Positions 38,831 through 49,126 of a DNA stretch of 64,000 nt are shown piece by piece. Positions within the stretch are counted from its first letter, which is position 1, and every line of letters begins with the position of its first letter. The translations under genes were made by a program, and so were the position numbers. The notes under the pieces were generated by a model. The model was not told the DNA's origin. It ran no database searches and was given only the letters and a program-made list of their open reading frames with translations. The stretch comes from Myxococcota bacterium (GTDB lineage Bacteria; Myxococcota_A; UBA796; UBA2385). The stretch lies in contig JBIJDH010000003.1 in the NCBI GenBank assembly GCA_044344255.1, positions 512,001 to 576,000 of the forward strand. Reading direction: 5' to 3'.

Positions 38831-40569
38831 GGCCCGAGCACCCGCGGCGGTCGTCCCTCTCGGATCAGGAGCACGGCCTCGTGGGCGCGCTGGGCGAGGC
38901 GCCGCTCAACCATCGGCGAGGCGAACCACCGGAGCACGGCCAGGAGCGGGGTCGCCGAGCCCGTGAGCCGCCGCTCCGCGAGCGCGACCACGGCGGTCTT
39001 GATCTGGTGCGCCACGAAGATGGGCTCGGTGGCAGGGGCGGCGAGGAGGTAGTCCCGGAGCGAACCCTCGAGGTCCAGCCCCGCGTGGAGCATGGCCTCG
39101 CCCACCACCACCGCGCGGGCCGGCTCGCGGTGGCGGATCGCCGCGTGGAGGTCGGCGAGGCTGGGCGACACGGCGGACGTCGCAGCCTCAGCGGCAGGTC
39201 CGGCCCCATCGAGCGGGTGGGCCGCGTGGATGAAGCGCGCCGCGAAGAACAGCAGGCGCAGCCCCTCCTCCCCGGAGAGCCGCGGGAGGGCCGTCCGCAG
39301 GGCGTGGGCGTGCGTGAGGGGGTGCGAGACGCTCAGCCAGGAGTCCTGCACGGTGGGGTCGAGATCCCAGGCCGGGTCAAAGCGGAGCAGCCGGCGAGCA
39401 GCGGCCTCCACGAGGGCGTCGATGAGGCGCTGCGGGGCTGTGCCGGCGTCGATCGCGCCGCGGAGGGCGTCGATGACGGTGGTTTGGTCCTCGGCGAGCA
39501 GGGCGTCCACGAGGCCAACCGCGGCGGGGCCCTCGCCTCGGGCGAGCGAGGCGCCGAGGGCGGGGAGGTCGAGCGCGGCCACCTTGCGGCTCCAGCCGAT
39601 CCAGGGAGGGAGCTGCTCCTCCCGGGTCGCGTAGACGAAGCGGTAGATGAGGGTGCCGGTCAACGCGCCCAGGGCCTCCCGCCCCTCGGGCAGCGAGGCG
39701 GCGGCGCGGGCGAGGCGGTTGAGCTTCTCGACGAAGATGAGCTCGTGGCCGAAGTCGAGGAAGTGATCTGCGGCCAGGCGGAGCAGCCAATCGCGGACGA
39801 CCGACCAACCGATCCCGGCGCCCCAGGCACCGAAGAAGATCCCTTCGGCCTCGGCGGCGCGCTCGGCCTCGACGGCGGAGCGGAGGGCGGCGAAGACACG
39901 CTCGGGATCGGCGTCGACGGGGAGCGGGGCCGGTCGAGGCCGGGGGAGCCGGCGGACGCTCCCGCGGGCGGCGAGCTCCATCGCCGGCAGGATCACGGCC
40001 GTCGCGTCGAGGCCGGGCCGGCGGGGCAGCCAGTCGAGGAGATCGGCGGCCACGGGCAGGGCGTGGGTGGTGCCCCACTCGGCGTGGTCGGCGTCCCAGC
40101 GGGCGGCGTGGAGCAGCAGGGCCTCGGGGGAGACGCCGAGGTCGAGGAGGCGGGCGGTGTCCCGCGCGACGCGGCCGAGCTCGTTCTCGAAGAGGCCAAG
40201 GTCGAGGCTCTTCTTCGCGCGCTCGATCGCGGCCTGGGGCGCGGGCTCGCGGAGGTCGACCTCGACCCAGCCATCGACGACGCGGACGGGGAGCACACGC
40301 AGGTCCTCCTCACCCACGAGACAGGCGCCATCCTCCAGGTTGAACTTGAAGTTGTGCCACTTGCAGGTGAGGACGCAGCCAGAGACATCCCCCTGGGTGA
40401 GGGGGTAACCCTCGTGCGGGCAGCGGTTGTCGCTTGCGAAGAGGTGGCCGCCTTCGGTGTGGAAGAGCGCGACCGGCAGGCGAGGCGTCTTGAAGAGGCG
40501 GCTCCGGCCCACGGGGAGGTCGGCGAGCGCGCAGAGCGGGGACCAGGCGGAGGGCGGTGCTGTGTCCAT
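38827..40569 (-). CDS. Rieske [2Fe-2S] domain protein with large helical C-terminal region
   Basis: DNRCPHEGYPL..G.......LTCKWHNFKF Rieske motif. AGAGG RBS. Confidence 0.88.
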   Translation of the reverse strand: MDTAPPSAWSPLCALADLPVGRSRLFKTPRLPVALFHTEGGHLFASDNRCPHEGYPLTQGDVSGCVLTCKWHNFKFNLEDGACLVGEEDLRVLPVRVVDGWVEVDLREPAPQAAIERAKKSLDLGLFENELGRVARDTARLLDLGVSPEALLLHAARWDADHAEWGTTHALPVAADLLDWLPRRPGLDATAVILPAMELAARGSVRRLPRPRPAPLPVDADPERVFAALRSAVEAERAAEAEGIFFGAWGAGIGWSVVRDWLLRLAADHFLDFGHELIFVEKLNRLARAAASLPEGREALGALTGTLIYRFVYATREEQLPPWIGWSRKVAALDLPALGASLARGEGPAAVGLVDALLAEDQTTVIDALRGAIDAGTAPQRLIDALVEAAARRLLRFDPAWDLDPTVQDSWLSVSHPLTHAHALRTALPRLSGEEGLRLLFFAARFIHAAHPLDGAGPAAEAATSAVSPSLADLHAAIRHREPARAVVVGEAMLHAGLDLEGSLRDYLLAAPATEPIFVAHQIKTAVVALAERRLTGSATPLLAVLRWFASPMVERRLAQRAHEAVLLIREGRPPRVLGP

Positions 40570-40742
40570 ATGGGGCCTCTGCGGGGTGGTTCACCCCTCT
40601 TTACCTCACCCACGGCCTCAGACCGCTCACGAACGGTCCGCCGAAGGGTCCGCGAGCGGGCTCGCCGCCCTGACCGGTTCGCCGCGTTAGTCCGGGCCCC
40701 GACGCCTTGGCCTTCGCACCGCCCCTGCCGATTGGAACTGCC

Positions 40743-42348
<1,606 letters not shown>

Positions 42349-42365
<17 letters not shown>

Positions 42366-42711
42366 GCGGCCGCCGCCGCGGGCCGCCCGGACGCTCGATC
42401 GGGCCTACATTGGCAACGAGCTCTTCCTCTTCGGGCTCTGCCTGCTCGTCGTGCTCGCCTCGATGCTGCTCCAGCCCTCCGATGATGCGGTCTTCCTCTT
42501 CGGTTGGAAGGTGCCGCCCCTCTGCGTGTGGCAGAACCTCTTCGACCGGCAGTGTTTGGGCTGCGGCATGACCCGCGCCTTCACCTACATGGGCCACGGC
42601 GACATCGTGGGCGCCTTCCGCGTCCACAAGGCGGGGCCCGCCGTCTTCTTGCTCGTCGCCGCGCAGGTGCCGCTTCGGGCCTGGAACGCCTGGAAGCTGT
42701 GGCGTGCCTGA
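42349..42711 (+). CDS. DUF2752 membrane protein
   Basis: LC.W.......CLGCGMTRAF..M.HGD...AF..H. Confidence 0.85.
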
Positions 42712-42804
42712 ACGCGGGCCGGCAGGTGCGCCCCTCGACCGGCCCGCCCCCGGGGTTATCGTCTGAGCACCCCGCTCGCTCCGCACCACGATGAGAGATG
42801 ACCC

Positions 42805-43236
42805 ATGGAATCCACCTCCACCGATCAAGCCCCCACCCCCGTGATCGACGTCGGGGCCGACGCCGCCGCAGACGCCGCCGCAGACGCCGGCCCTGGCTAC
42901 GGCCCCGAGGACACCATCACCGTCACCGCCGACGCCGTGGAGAACATCCGCGACCTCCGGAAGGACTACGGCGACGAGGGCTGGGGCCTCCGCTACGGGC
43001 TGACCGGCGGCGGCTGCTCTGGCTACAAATACCTGCTTGAATTCGAGGAGCGCCCCGCGGAGGGGGACCTCGTCTTCCACTACGATGACGTCAAGGTCTT
43101 CGTGCGCCCCGAGCACATGGTCAAGCTCAAGAACTCGGTGATCGGCTGGAAGGACTCGCTCATGGAGGCGGGCTTCAACATCGAGAACCCTCAGGCCAAG
43201 CGTCCCTGTGGCTGCGGCGCCAGCGTCGATTTTTAG
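42805..43236 (+). CDS. A-type Fe-S carrier (IscA/HesB family)
   Basis: GGGCSGYKY and F.IENPQAKRPCGCGASVDF. Confidence 0.93.
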   Translation: MESTSTDQAPTPVIDVGADAAADAAADAGPGYGPEDTITVTADAVENIRDLRKDYGDEGWGLRYGLTGGGCSGYKYLLEFEERPAEGDLVFHYDDVKVFVRPEHMVKLKNSVIGWKDSLMEAGFNIENPQAKRPCGCGASVDF

Positions 43237-43313
43237 GCGGGCCCCGCGTCCCGATCCGCTCCACGCCTGCGCTCGCAGGTGGGGCGGCTTATGCTGGCCG
43301 ACAGGAGGTGTTG

Positions 43314-44372
43314 ATGCTCCAGAACCGCCCGCGGCTCTTGTCGGTGGGCACGGCGAACCCGCCGGAGCGTTACACGCAAGACGAGATCCTCGATCGCTTC
43401 CGTGCCGCGAATCCTGACGTTCGTGCATTGTTTCGGGCGAGTCACATCGCGCACCGCTACCTCTTTCTCCCGCCCGCCGACGCCGAGGGGCGCCCGGTGG
43501 AGAGCCAGAGCGAGCTGCTGGCTAAGCACCGGCGGGGCGCGCTCTACATGGCGAGCCGGGCGATCCCCGCCGCGCTGGAGCCGCTCGGCCTCCGGGCGTC
43601 GGACGTGGACTACCTCTGCGTCATCTCGTCGACGGGCTTCATGTTGCCCGGGCTCACGGCGATGTTCATCCGCCACCTCGGCTTCCGGGTGGACTGCCAC
43701 CGCGCCGACATCGTGGGCATGGGCTGTAACGCCGGCTTGAACGGGCTCAACCCCGTGGCATCTTGGGCCAGCGCCAACCCCGGCCGGGTGGCGCTGATGG
43801 TGTGCTGTGAGGTCAACTCCGCGCTCTACGTCTACGACGACACCGTCGAGACCGGCGTGGTGAACAGCCTCTTCGGCGATGGCTGCGCGGCCGTGGTCGT
43901 GCGCGCCGACGCCGCAGACGAGGGCCGCTTCGCCCCCACGGTGCTCGGCTTTCAGTCGCACATCATCCCCGAGACGTGGGAGGCGATGAGCTACCACTGG
44001 CTGGAGGAGCACGGGAAGTTCGGCTTCCACCTCGATCGAGACGTGCCCTACGTGCTCGGCACCCACGCCGCTGTGCCGGTGGGGGCGCTGCTCGACCGCT
44101 TCGGCCTCAAGCGACGACACATCTCCCACTGGCTCGTACACTCGGGCGGGAAGAAGGTGATCGACGCCATCAAGTACACCGTGGGCATCACCGAGCATGA
44201 CGTCCGCCACACCGCGGGCGTTCTGCACGACTACGGCAACCTCGGCTCCGGCAGCTTCTTGTTCAGCTTCAAGCGCCTCCTCGAAGAGGGGAAGGTGCGC
44301 CGCGGCGACCATGGGATCATGATGACCATGGGCCCCGGCTCTACGATCGAGACCGCGTTGATTCGCTGGTAG
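43314..44372 (+). CDS. dpgA: Type III PKS, 3,5-dihydroxyphenylacetyl-CoA synthase DpgA
   Basis: AGGAGG RBS. DIVGMGCNAGLNGLN, VVNSLFGDG, HWLVHSGGKKVID, DVRHT.GVL.DYGNL.SGSFLFS and MTMGPGSTIETALIRW closely follow actinobacterial DpgA. The Cys-His-Asn triad is present. Confidence 0.9.
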   Translation: MLQNRPRLLSVGTANPPERYTQDEILDRFRAANPDVRALFRASHIAHRYLFLPPADAEGRPVESQSELLAKHRRGALYMASRAIPAALEPLGLRASDVDYLCVISSTGFMLPGLTAMFIRHLGFRVDCHRADIVGMGCNAGLNGLNPVASWASANPGRVALMVCCEVNSALYVYDDTVETGVVNSLFGDGCAAVVVRADAADEGRFAPTVLGFQSHIIPETWEAMSYHWLEEHGKFGFHLDRDVPYVLGTHAAVPVGALLDRFGLKRRHISHWLVHSGGKKVIDAIKYTVGITEHDVRHTAGVLHDYGNLGSGSFLFSFKRLLEEGKVRRGDHGIMMTMGPGSTIETALIRW

Positions 44373-44380
44373 GAGTCCCC

Positions 44381-45127
44381 ATGCGCGTCCCCGAGACCCT
44401 CCGTTACGAAGAGCGCGGCGAGGTCGCCACCGTCACGCTGCTGCGCGAACGAACGAACATGGCGATGGTGCGCGAGCTCACCGCGGTCTGTGACCACCTC
44501 GAAGACCAGAGCGCCTGTAAGATCGTGGTCTTTCGCGGAGAGGGTGGCCGCTTCAACCGCGGGATTGACCTCGCGGACTTCCGCCCCGATCAGGCCATGG
44601 ACATCCACGGCTTCAACAAGTGGGAGAAGCTCTGCTCTCGCATCGAGCGGCTCGGTAAGGTCACCGTGGCCTTGCTCGAGGGGGACGTCGTGGGCGGCGG
44701 CTTCCAGCTCGCCCTCGTCTGTGACGCGCGCATCGCCTCCCCGTCGGCCCGCTTTCAGCTCGATGAGCTGCACAAGGGCTTCCTCCCCGGCATGGCCACG
44801 TTCCGGCTCGCCAAGTACGTCGGCCTCGGGAGGGCCAAGCGTCTGGTGATGCAGTCGATCGTGCTCAGCGCCGAGGAGGCCCGTGACCAGGGCATCATCG
44901 ACGAGGTCTACGAAGACCTCGAGATCGGGCTCGCGGCGACCCTGGCCTCCTTCGGCCCGACCCACGGGGTGGCGATCGAGCTCGCCCGCCGGTTGATGAA
45001 CGAGTCCTTCAGCACGAACTTGGAGGATGCCCTGGGTAACTTCCTCGCCGCGCAGCACCGGGCGATCACCCAGCCCGCCTTCCAGGACACCCTCAAGAAG
45101 TCGCAGCGCGCCCCCAAGATCGCATGA
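44381..45127 (+). CDS. dpgB: Crotonase/enoyl-CoA hydratase, DpgB-like
   Basis: FNKWEKLCSRIERL..VTVA, GGGFQLALVCDARIA and PGMATFRL. Lies 8 nt after dpgA with an AGGAG RBS. Confidence 0.78.
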   Translation: MRVPETLRYEERGEVATVTLLRERTNMAMVRELTAVCDHLEDQSACKIVVFRGEGGRFNRGIDLADFRPDQAMDIHGFNKWEKLCSRIERLGKVTVALLEGDVVGGGFQLALVCDARIASPSARFQLDELHKGFLPGMATFRLAKYVGLGRAKRLVMQSIVLSAEEARDQGIIDEVYEDLEIGLAATLASFGPTHGVAIELARRLMNESFSTNLEDALGNFLAAQHRAITQPAFQDTLKKSQRAPKIA

Positions 45128-45837
45128 CGCGCGCAGCGCCGAGCGCGGAGGGGGCCAGCGCGGTCAAGCCCTTCCCGGTGGACGCCTCCGTGATGGCGTC
45201 GATCCGACCGATGCAATTCCGCGACGCGGATCGGGTGGGGGAGCTGCACCACGCCGCGATGGGCCAGAGCCTTTGGGCGAAGCTTGGGCTGCGCTTCTTG
45301 CAGGAGCTCTATCGGGCGCTCGTGAACGATCCGCGCTTCTTCGCCTTCGTCTATGTAGAGGATGGGCGGGTGCGCGGCTTCATCGCCGGCTCCTCCGATC
45401 CCGACGTGATGATGTCGGCCACCTTCCGGAGGGCGTGGTTCCTGCTCGGTCCCCCGGCCTTCCCGGGCGTGCTCCGGCCGAGCGTGATCAAGAAGCTGGT
45501 GGAGACGCCGCTCTATTCACGGCGCAGCAACGCGGTGAAGCTGCCCTTCGGCGTGAAGGCTGAGAGCCTGTTCTGCTCCTTCGAGCCCGATCTGCGCGGC
45601 AAGCGCGTGAGCGGGCACATCAACAAGGTGCTCTTCGACGAGCTGCTCGCGCGCGGACACGGCGCGGTGAAGATCACCACCGAGACGGACAACGAGGGCG
45701 CCAATCGGCAACTGCAGAGCTGGGGCTTCGTGGACTGCGGGCGCTTCACCTTTTACGGTAAGGAGATGGTGACGTACGTGCTCGATCTCGAGGCGTCCCC
45801 GCGGGTCGAGCCAGTGAGCCGTCACCCCACGATTTAG
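45124..45837 (+). CDS. GNAT family acyltransferase
   Basis: ATGA overlap with dpgB. VRGFIAG, EPDLRGKRV (motif A) and DNEGANRQLQSWGF (motif B). Confidence 0.8.
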   Translation: MTRAAPSAEGASAVKPFPVDASVMASIRPMQFRDADRVGELHHAAMGQSLWAKLGLRFLQELYRALVNDPRFFAFVYVEDGRVRGFIAGSSDPDVMMSATFRRAWFLLGPPAFPGVLRPSVIKKLVETPLYSRRSNAVKLPFGVKAESLFCSFEPDLRGKRVSGHINKVLFDELLARGHGAVKITTETDNEGANRQLQSWGFVDCGRFTFYGKEMVTYVLDLEASPRVEPVSRHPTI

Positions 45838-45857
45838 GGCGCCCCGGGAGGTTCACG

Positions 45858-47492
45858 GTGTCGGAGATCTGGAACACGCTCGTCCCCGAGCAGACGGTCC
45901 ACCTCGCCCCTTGGGCCTGGATCCTGGTCGAGAGCTCCACACCGCTTGGCTCCTTCGCGCATGTCACCGGCGTGACCGGCGACGTGATGGCGGCGCTGAA
46001 CACGGTGCGGGACCAGCTCCGCGCCTGCATCGAGTCCACCATCGGCGACGTGGCGTCCGGGCGCCTCCGCTTTGACGACCCTCGCCTGCCCGGTCTCATG
46101 GAGGACGCGTACGCCGAGGTGGTGGCCAGCCATCCGCACCTGGCCCTGCTGATCCAGGCGCGTCGGCGACGAGACGGCGGCTTCGACTGGTCCTTCCCGC
46201 GGGACCCTGACTACCTCCCCGACCACCGCCTCGATCGTCTGCGGCTGATCAACGTGGTGCAGCGCGAGGTCTCCGGCGGAGAGCTCCGCGCCCTCTCCTC
46301 CGAGGCGGTGGGCTGGCTGTCGGGGGAGCTCCAGGGGCGACATACGGCGCGCAGCCTGCAGCGGGCTGTCACGGCGCGTCCGGAGGCCGAGCGGCTGCCG
46401 ATGGAGAAGCTGCTCGGCAACCTGCATCGAGTGGGCTCTTTGCTCCAGACCCCCGGGGCCGGGCTGCGCCGCTGGTGGCTCGACCACACCCGCGACGGCG
46501 ACGTGGTGCACCTCGGCCACGCCGCGCTGATGGCCCGGATCGGGGAGGAGTTCATCTACTTCGATCCCTGGCTCGTTCCCTGGCTGTCGGAGGTGCCGGC
46601 GGCTTCGCTTTGGCCCTCGCTGCTGCCGGCGCCTGCGGCCATCTTCTTCACGCACGAGCATGACGATCACCTCGATCGGCGCGCCATGATGGCCTTCCCC
46701 AAGGACACCCCGATCATTGTGCCGGCGCCGCGGGACGGGGCGTCCTTCCACTTCGACTACGAGGGGTTCTTGAGGCGCCTCGGCTTCACCCGGGTGGTGC
46801 CGCTCGAGCACGGCGAGCGCTGGACGGTGGGGCCGGCGGAGGTGGAGGCGGTGCCCTTCTACGGGGAAGACCCCTGTGACGTCGACCTCCCGCGCAACTG
46901 CTACTTGCTCGCCGATCGCGGCCGCAACACGCTCATGTGGGCCGACAGCGGGCCGAACAACGCTGGCCGCTCGGCCCTCGTGGATGGAGTGGTGGATGAC
47001 CTCGTGCGGCGGTGGGGCAAGGTGCACCTCCTGCTGAGCTCGCAGCAGCAGATCAAGGAGCTGCGCGCGCTCTCGGTCTACGTCGCCCTCTGCCCGCCCG
47101 GGACCTGGTTTCAGGCCGGGGAGAACGGCTACCTCACCGACGAGTACCTCACCGAGGTCGTGGCGCGCTCGGGGGCACGGCAGTTTGTGTCCTATGCCAC
47201 CGGCGGAGCCGACTGGCGCCCGGGCAACACGAGCTTCGCCTTCGGCTGGCACAACCCCGCTCGCGCCGCGTTGATCACGGCGGCGTGGCGGCCTTTGGAG
47301 ACGCTCCGCGCGCCACTTCAGCCCCTCGGCTGCGCCTGGCACTACGCGCGGGCCACCGACATCTACCGGCCCCGCGCCGATGGCGGCACCGACATCCTCT
47401 CCGAGGTCGCGGAGCTCTCTCCGGCGGCGCTCTTCGAGGTGGATCATCCGCGCCCGACCTTCTTGGATCGGCTCCCCCGCCTCGGTCGATGA
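45858..47492 (+). CDS. Metallo-beta-lactamase-fold protein with ~200-aa N-terminal extension
   Basis: HLGHAALM, FDPWL and FTHEHDDHLD (HxHxDH). GGGAGG RBS. Confidence 0.85.
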   Translation: MSEIWNTLVPEQTVHLAPWAWILVESSTPLGSFAHVTGVTGDVMAALNTVRDQLRACIESTIGDVASGRLRFDDPRLPGLMEDAYAEVVASHPHLALLIQARRRRDGGFDWSFPRDPDYLPDHRLDRLRLINVVQREVSGGELRALSSEAVGWLSGELQGRHTARSLQRAVTARPEAERLPMEKLLGNLHRVGSLLQTPGAGLRRWWLDHTRDGDVVHLGHAALMARIGEEFIYFDPWLVPWLSEVPAASLWPSLLPAPAAIFFTHEHDDHLDRRAMMAFPKDTPIIVPAPRDGASFHFDYEGFLRRLGFTRVVPLEHGERWTVGPAEVEAVPFYGEDPCDVDLPRNCYLLADRGRNTLMWADSGPNNAGRSALVDGVVDDLVRRWGKVHLLLSSQQQIKELRALSVYVALCPPGTWFQAGENGYLTDEYLTEVVARSGARQFVSYATGGADWRPGNTSFAFGWHNPARAALITAAWRPLETLRAPLQPLGCAWHYARATDIYRPRADGGTDILSEVAELSPAALFEVDHPRPTFLDRLPRLGR

Positions 47493-47538
47493 GCGGCTGG
47501 CCCTGAGGCGACCTCGGCCGGGGCCCCCTCGAACGGCG

Positions 47539-47570
47539 GCGGGCGCCGGAGGTCTCCCTCCGACGCCCGC
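47539..47570 (-). terminator. 14-bp hairpin with GNRA loop between convergent genes
   Basis: Minus strand reads GCGGGCGTCGGAGG-GAGA-CCTCCGGCGCCCGC with one G-U pair and no U tract. Confidence 0.5.
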
Positions 47571-47602
47571 GCCTCGACTCGGGCCGCGCGAGCGGCCTCG
47601 GC

Positions 47603-49126
47603 CTACTCGCCCTTCTTCTTGTCGCCCTTCGAGCTTCCGCCGGCCTTGGCGGGGGTCGCGTCGACGAAGGCGTACCCGAGCCCCTTGAGCTCGCTGAACA
47701 CGTCGACGTTGAGCTCGGTGCCGTTGGCGTCCTTTCCGGTCACGGTGCGCGGGCCCACCACGACGATGATCTGGTGCGCGGGATCGAGCCACTTCTTCGC
47801 GGCGGCGTGGGCCTCCTCCGCGGTGACGGCGTTGACCTTGGCGCCCCAGGTCTGCCAGGTGTCGGTGGGCAGGCCATCGGCGACGAGGCGGCTGAGCGAG
47901 CCGGCGGCGCGGGCGTTGGTCTCGAAGCCGCCGGGCAGCGACTTGACCATGCCGTCCTTGGTCACCTGCAGGAGCTCCGCCGACGGCGGGTTGGCCATCG
48001 CGCGGGAGTAGACGCCGACGAACTCAGCCACGGCGGGGGCCGTCTTGTCGGCCTGGACGGAGGCGTAGGACTGGAACCAGCCGAGGTCCTTCGTGGCGTC
48101 GAAGCCTCCGTAGGCGCCGTAGCTCCAGCCCTTCTCCTCGCGGAGCACCATGTTGAGGGGGGAGGAGAAGTTCCCAGCGGCCAGCGTGCCCGCCATGTCC
48201 GCGGCGTACCAGCCGGCGTCCGTCTTCTGGAGGCCGGCGGCGCCCGTCAGGATGAAGGACTGCACGGAGCCCGGGCTCTCAACGAAGACGAGCTTCGTGG
48301 AGGGGACCGCGAGCGCCGCCGCCACCACGGGGGGCTTGTCCTTGCCGACCTTCCACTTGCCGAAGCGGGCGTCGAGCTCGCGCGTGAACGCGGCGGGATC
48401 GACCGCCCCGGTGACGACGAAGGAGGCGTTACCCGCGTGCCACCACTTCGTGTACCAGCCCTTCACGTCCGCCAGCTTGAGCTTCGGCAGCGTGGTGAGC
48501 GAGCCCCGGCGGGGGAGGCTGTAGGGGTGACCGTTGCCGTAGAGCTGGACGTCCATCGTCTCGCGGGCGATCGTGCGCGGGTCGCTGCGGTCGGCCTCGA
48601 CGTCGGAGATGATCTCGGCTTGAACGCGCTTGAAGTCGGTCTCCTTGAAGGCGGGGTTGAGCGCGACCTCGGCGAGGAGGTCAAGGCTCGGACCCTCGGC
48701 GGCCCCGCCGAGCGCGTTGAGCGAGACGCCCACGCTGCGGGAAGACGCGGTGGTCGAGAGCTCCGCGCCAAGGCCCTGGGCTGCGGCGGCGAGGCCGAGC
48801 GTGTCGTACTTCTTGGTGCCCTCGTCGAGCAGGGCCCCCATGAGGTTGCCGATCCCCGCCTTCCCGGGCGCGCCGGTGGGCATCTCCACCGAGAGCTGCA
48901 CCGTCACGAGCGGCAGGCCCGTGTTGGGCACGAAGTAGACGGGGATGCCGTTGCTCAGCTTGGTGGTCTGCACAGCGGGGGCGGTCCAGGCCTTCTCGGG
49001 GCCGGGGCCGGGCTGGGTGGCCCGCCAGGCCTCCGGATCGACGACCGGGGGCGGGGCCGCCGCCACTTCGGGGGCCTTCTTGGGGCCGCAGGCGAGCGCC
49101 AGGAGGAGGAGGAGGGGACGCTTCAC
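47603..49126 (-). CDS. M16 family peptidase, non-catalytic subunit, lipoprotein
   Basis: GTGA overlap at 49126, lipobox LLALAC, LSNGIPV and LNMVLREEKGWSYG. No HxxEH motif. Confidence 0.9.
   Translation of the reverse strand: MKRPLLLLLALACGPKKAPEVAAAPPPVVDPEAWRATQPGPGPEKAWTAPAVQTTKLSNGIPVYFVPNTGLPLVTVQLSVEMPTGAPGKAGIGNLMGALLDEGTKKYDTLGLAAAAQGLGAELSTTASSRSVGVSLNALGGAAEGPSLDLLAEVALNPAFKETDFKRVQAEIISDVEADRSDPRTIARETMDVQLYGNGHPYSLPRRGSLTTLPKLKLADVKGWYTKWWHAGNASFVVTGAVDPAAFTRELDARFGKWKVGKDKPPVVAAALAVPSTKLVFVESPGSVQSFILTGAAGLQKTDAGWYAADMAGTLAAGNFSSPLNMVLREEKGWSYGAYGGFDATKDLGWFQSYASVQADKTAPAVAEFVGVYSRAMANPPSAELLQVTKDGMVKSLPGGFETNARAAGSLSRLVADGLPTDTWQTWGAKVNAVTAEEAHAAAKKWLDPAHQIIVVVGPRTVTGKDANGTELNVDVFSELKGLGYAFVDATPAKAGGSSKGDKKKGE

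Noticed and set aside
43314..45127. Glycopeptide antibiotic cluster
   Set aside because: No NRPS, dpgC, oxy P450, halogenase or van resistance genes in the window.
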